Below, piece after piece: positions 30,062-32,000 of a DNA stretch of 32,000 bases. The stretch is from positions 2,149,834 through 2,181,833 of the forward strand of contig NZ_CP045484.1 in assembly GCF_009729055.1 (NCBI RefSeq), in the 5' to 3' direction. How positions within the stretch are numbered: position 1 is the first letter of the stretch; every line of letters begins with the position of its first letter. A program made the position numbers and the translations under genes. Origin of the DNA: Sulfurisphaera ohwakuensis (GTDB lineage Archaea > Thermoproteota > Thermoprotei_A > Sulfolobales > Sulfolobaceae). The notes beneath the pieces were generated by a model. That model was not told where the DNA came from and made no database searches. It saw only the letters and a list, made by a program, of their open reading frames with translations.

Positions 30062-31630
30062 GTGTTTACGAAATCTGTTGAGGTATTAGATACTACTTTA
30101 AGAGATGGTTCTCAGTCTGCAAATGTTTCCTTTACTCTAAACGATAAAATAAGGATTGCATTAGCGCTAGATGAATTAGGAGTTGATTATATAGAGGCTG
30201 GATGGCCTGGATCAAATCCTAAAGATGAGGAATTTTTCAAAGAGATTAAGAAATACTCCTTAACACACGCTAAAATAGCTGCATTTGGAAGTACTAGGAG
30301 GAAGGAGTTTAATGTTAAAGAAGACCCAAATTTAAATGCTATAATAAAGTCCGATGTTGATGTTGCGGTATTATTCGGTAAATCGTGGTTACTTCATGTA
30401 ACTGATGTATTAAGAATAAAGCCCGAAGACAACTTGGAAATTGTATATGATAGTATAAACTATCTGAAATCTCACGGTCTTAAGGTAATATTTGATGCCG
30501 AGCACTTTTATCAAGGTTTTAAGGATAATAGAGAATATGCGTTAAAAGTTCTGAAGACTGCTGAAGAAGCAAAAGTTGATGTTATTGCATTAGCAGATAC
30601 TAACGGTGGTACTTTACCTCATGAGGTTTATGAAATAACTAAGGTTGTTGTGGGTGAGGTTAGAACTAAGATTGGTCTACATATGCATAATGATTCAGGT
30701 TGTGCTGTTGCAAACTCTTTAATGGGTATTTTAGCGGGAGCAAGGCATGTTCAAGGTACTATAAATGGTATTGGAGAAAGAACTGGAAATGCAGATTTAA
30801 TTCAGATTATTCCAAACCTTGCATTGAAGATGAGATTCGATGTACTGAAAGGAAAAGAGAGTTTAAAGAAGCTAAGAGAAGTATCTAGGTTAGTTTATGA
30901 GTTAGCTGGATTGCATCCAAATCCTTATCAACCTTATGTAGGTGATTTCGCATTTACACACAAAGCTGGTGTCCACGCTGATGCTGTAATGAAGGTTAGT
31001 AGGGCTTATGAGCATATAGACCCATCTCTAGTTGGAAATACTAGAAGGTTCGTTATATCAGAGTTGTCTGGAACTTCTAATTTAGTGACATATTTAGAGA
31101 ATCTAGGATTAAAAGTAGATAAGAAGGATGAAAGATTAAAGAGTGCTTTAAAGAAGATAAAGGAGCTTGAAAATAAGGGTTATAGTTTCGATTTGGCTCC
31201 TTCATCAGCAATATTAGTTGCTCTGAAAGAGTTAGGGATATATGAAAAGAAAATTAATGTTGAATATTGGAAAGTTATAAACGAAAGTAGTAATTTATCA
31301 ATTGCCGTAGTTAAAGTTAACGGGCAATTAGAGGTTTCAGAAGGAGTTGGTCCAGTACATGCTGTAGACTTGGCTCTTAGGAAAGCATTACAAAAAGTAT
31401 ATCCAGAAATTTCTAATGTTAAATTAACTGACTATAGGGTCATTTTGCCTGGTGAAATAAAGAATACAGAAAGTGTAGTGAGGGTTACAATAGAGTTTAC
31501 TGATGATATCATAACATGGAAAACTGTTGGTGTTTCTAGTAGTGTGATTGAAGCTAGTATATTAGCGTTAATTGATGGTTTAGATTATTATCTTCAGTAC
31601 AAGAAGTTAAAAACCCTTAAAAATAATTAA
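30062..31630 (+). CDS. Citramalate / 2-isopropylmalate synthase family enzyme (long form with a LeuA-dimer-type C-terminal domain; likely citramalate synthase)
   Basis: VLDTTLRDGSQS, EAGWPGSNPKD, HMHNDSGCAVANS and GIGERTGNADL are HMGL-like/IPMS family signatures. The length is 522 aa and the start is GTG. Confidence 0.85.
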   Translation: MFTKSVEVLDTTLRDGSQSANVSFTLNDKIRIALALDELGVDYIEAGWPGSNPKDEEFFKEIKKYSLTHAKIAAFGSTRRKEFNVKEDPNLNAIIKSDVDVAVLFGKSWLLHVTDVLRIKPEDNLEIVYDSINYLKSHGLKVIFDAEHFYQGFKDNREYALKVLKTAEEAKVDVIALADTNGGTLPHEVYEITKVVVGEVRTKIGLHMHNDSGCAVANSLMGILAGARHVQGTINGIGERTGNADLIQIIPNLALKMRFDVLKGKESLKKLREVSRLVYELAGLHPNPYQPYVGDFAFTHKAGVHADAVMKVSRAYEHIDPSLVGNTRRFVISELSGTSNLVTYLENLGLKVDKKDERLKSALKKIKELENKGYSFDLAPSSAILVALKELGIYEKKINVEYWKVINESSNLSIAVVKVNGQLEVSEGVGPVHAVDLALRKALQKVYPEISNVKLTDYRVILPGEIKNTESVVRVTIEFTDDIITWKTVGVSSSVIEASILALIDGLDYYLQYKKLKTLKNN

Positions 31631-31634
31631 TTCT

Positions 31635-32000
31635 ATGCAGTGGGATCCGGGAGGAGCGACTGAAAGCAAAAGTAAATTTTACATTTATTTAAGGTTTCTC
31701 AGAATTGAGCAAACTTTCTTTAGTTTACCCATGGCTTATATGGGTGCTTTCGTAGCCATAAAGAAAATTCCTCCTATTTATATATTAGTTCTAATTTTCT
31801 TCTCCTTGTTCTTTTTAAGAACTGCTGGAATGACTAATGATAATCTTGCTGATAGGGAGATAGATGCTAAAAATCCTAGGACAAGGAGTAGGCCTTTGGT
31901 TACTGGAAAAATAAGTGTTAAGGAAGCTAAGATTATGATCATCTTATCGCTTATCGGCTTCTTTGTATCAGCATATTTTGTCAATTTCTATGCTTTAATT
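31635..32000 (+). CDS. UbiA-family aromatic/polyprenyl prenyltransferase, N-terminal part (runs off the window)
   Basis: My own translation gives MQWDPGGATESKSKFYIYLRFLRIEQTLFSLPMAYMGAFVA...RTAGMTNDNLADREIDAKNPRTRSRPLVTG. The NDxxDxxxD prenyl-diphosphate motif is followed by hydrophobic helices. It is not in the ORF track because no stop falls inside the window. Confidence 0.8.
   Translation, partial: MQWDPGGATESKSKFYIYLRFLRIEQTFFSLPMAYMGAFVAIKKIPPIYILVLIFFSLFFLRTAGMTNDNLADREIDAKNPRTRSRPLVTGKISVKEAKIMIILSLIGFFVSAYFVNFYALI

Overview
AT-rich crenarchaeal DNA, most likely from a Sulfolobaceae genome. This is inferred from gene content: a slaA/slaB S-layer operon, a pRN-type plasmid replicase, an SSV-type integrase, no encoded CCA on the tRNA, and leaderless-style TATA promoters. 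Layout from left to right. (1) 1-5648 is the right-hand part of an integrated pRN-family-like plasmid. It carries a prim-pol/SF3-helicase RepA and small DNA-binding proteins. Its SSV-type integrase gene is split by integration and ends in a 44-nt 3' half of tRNA-Ala(CGC). (2) A vapBC-like pair with both genes frameshifted in homopolymer runs. (3) A surface-glycan and S-layer block: GT4, GT2, an anchored S/T-rich surface protein, slaA (1441 aa) and slaB (460 aa). Long ORF-free AT-rich stretches flank this block. (4) tRNA-Gly(UCC), bracketed by an 80-nt direct repeat. (5) A split, domain-permuted glutamate synthase pair and a CbiG-like gene. (6) Two roughly 98% identical copies of a TnpB-only IS200/IS605-type element. 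One has lost its stop codon and a left-end hairpin. The other cleanly interrupts a vapC toxin gene next to an intact vapB. (7) A signal-less periplasmic-binding-protein homologue, a small membrane protein, a citramalate/isopropylmalate synthase and a partial UbiA prenyltransferase. I did not find a clearly new multi-gene system. The observations most worth following up are the regulatory repeat architecture of the integrated plasmid, the TnpB/omega-RNA elements and the toxin-gene disruption, the S-layer neighbourhood, and the repeat pair around tRNA-Gly.
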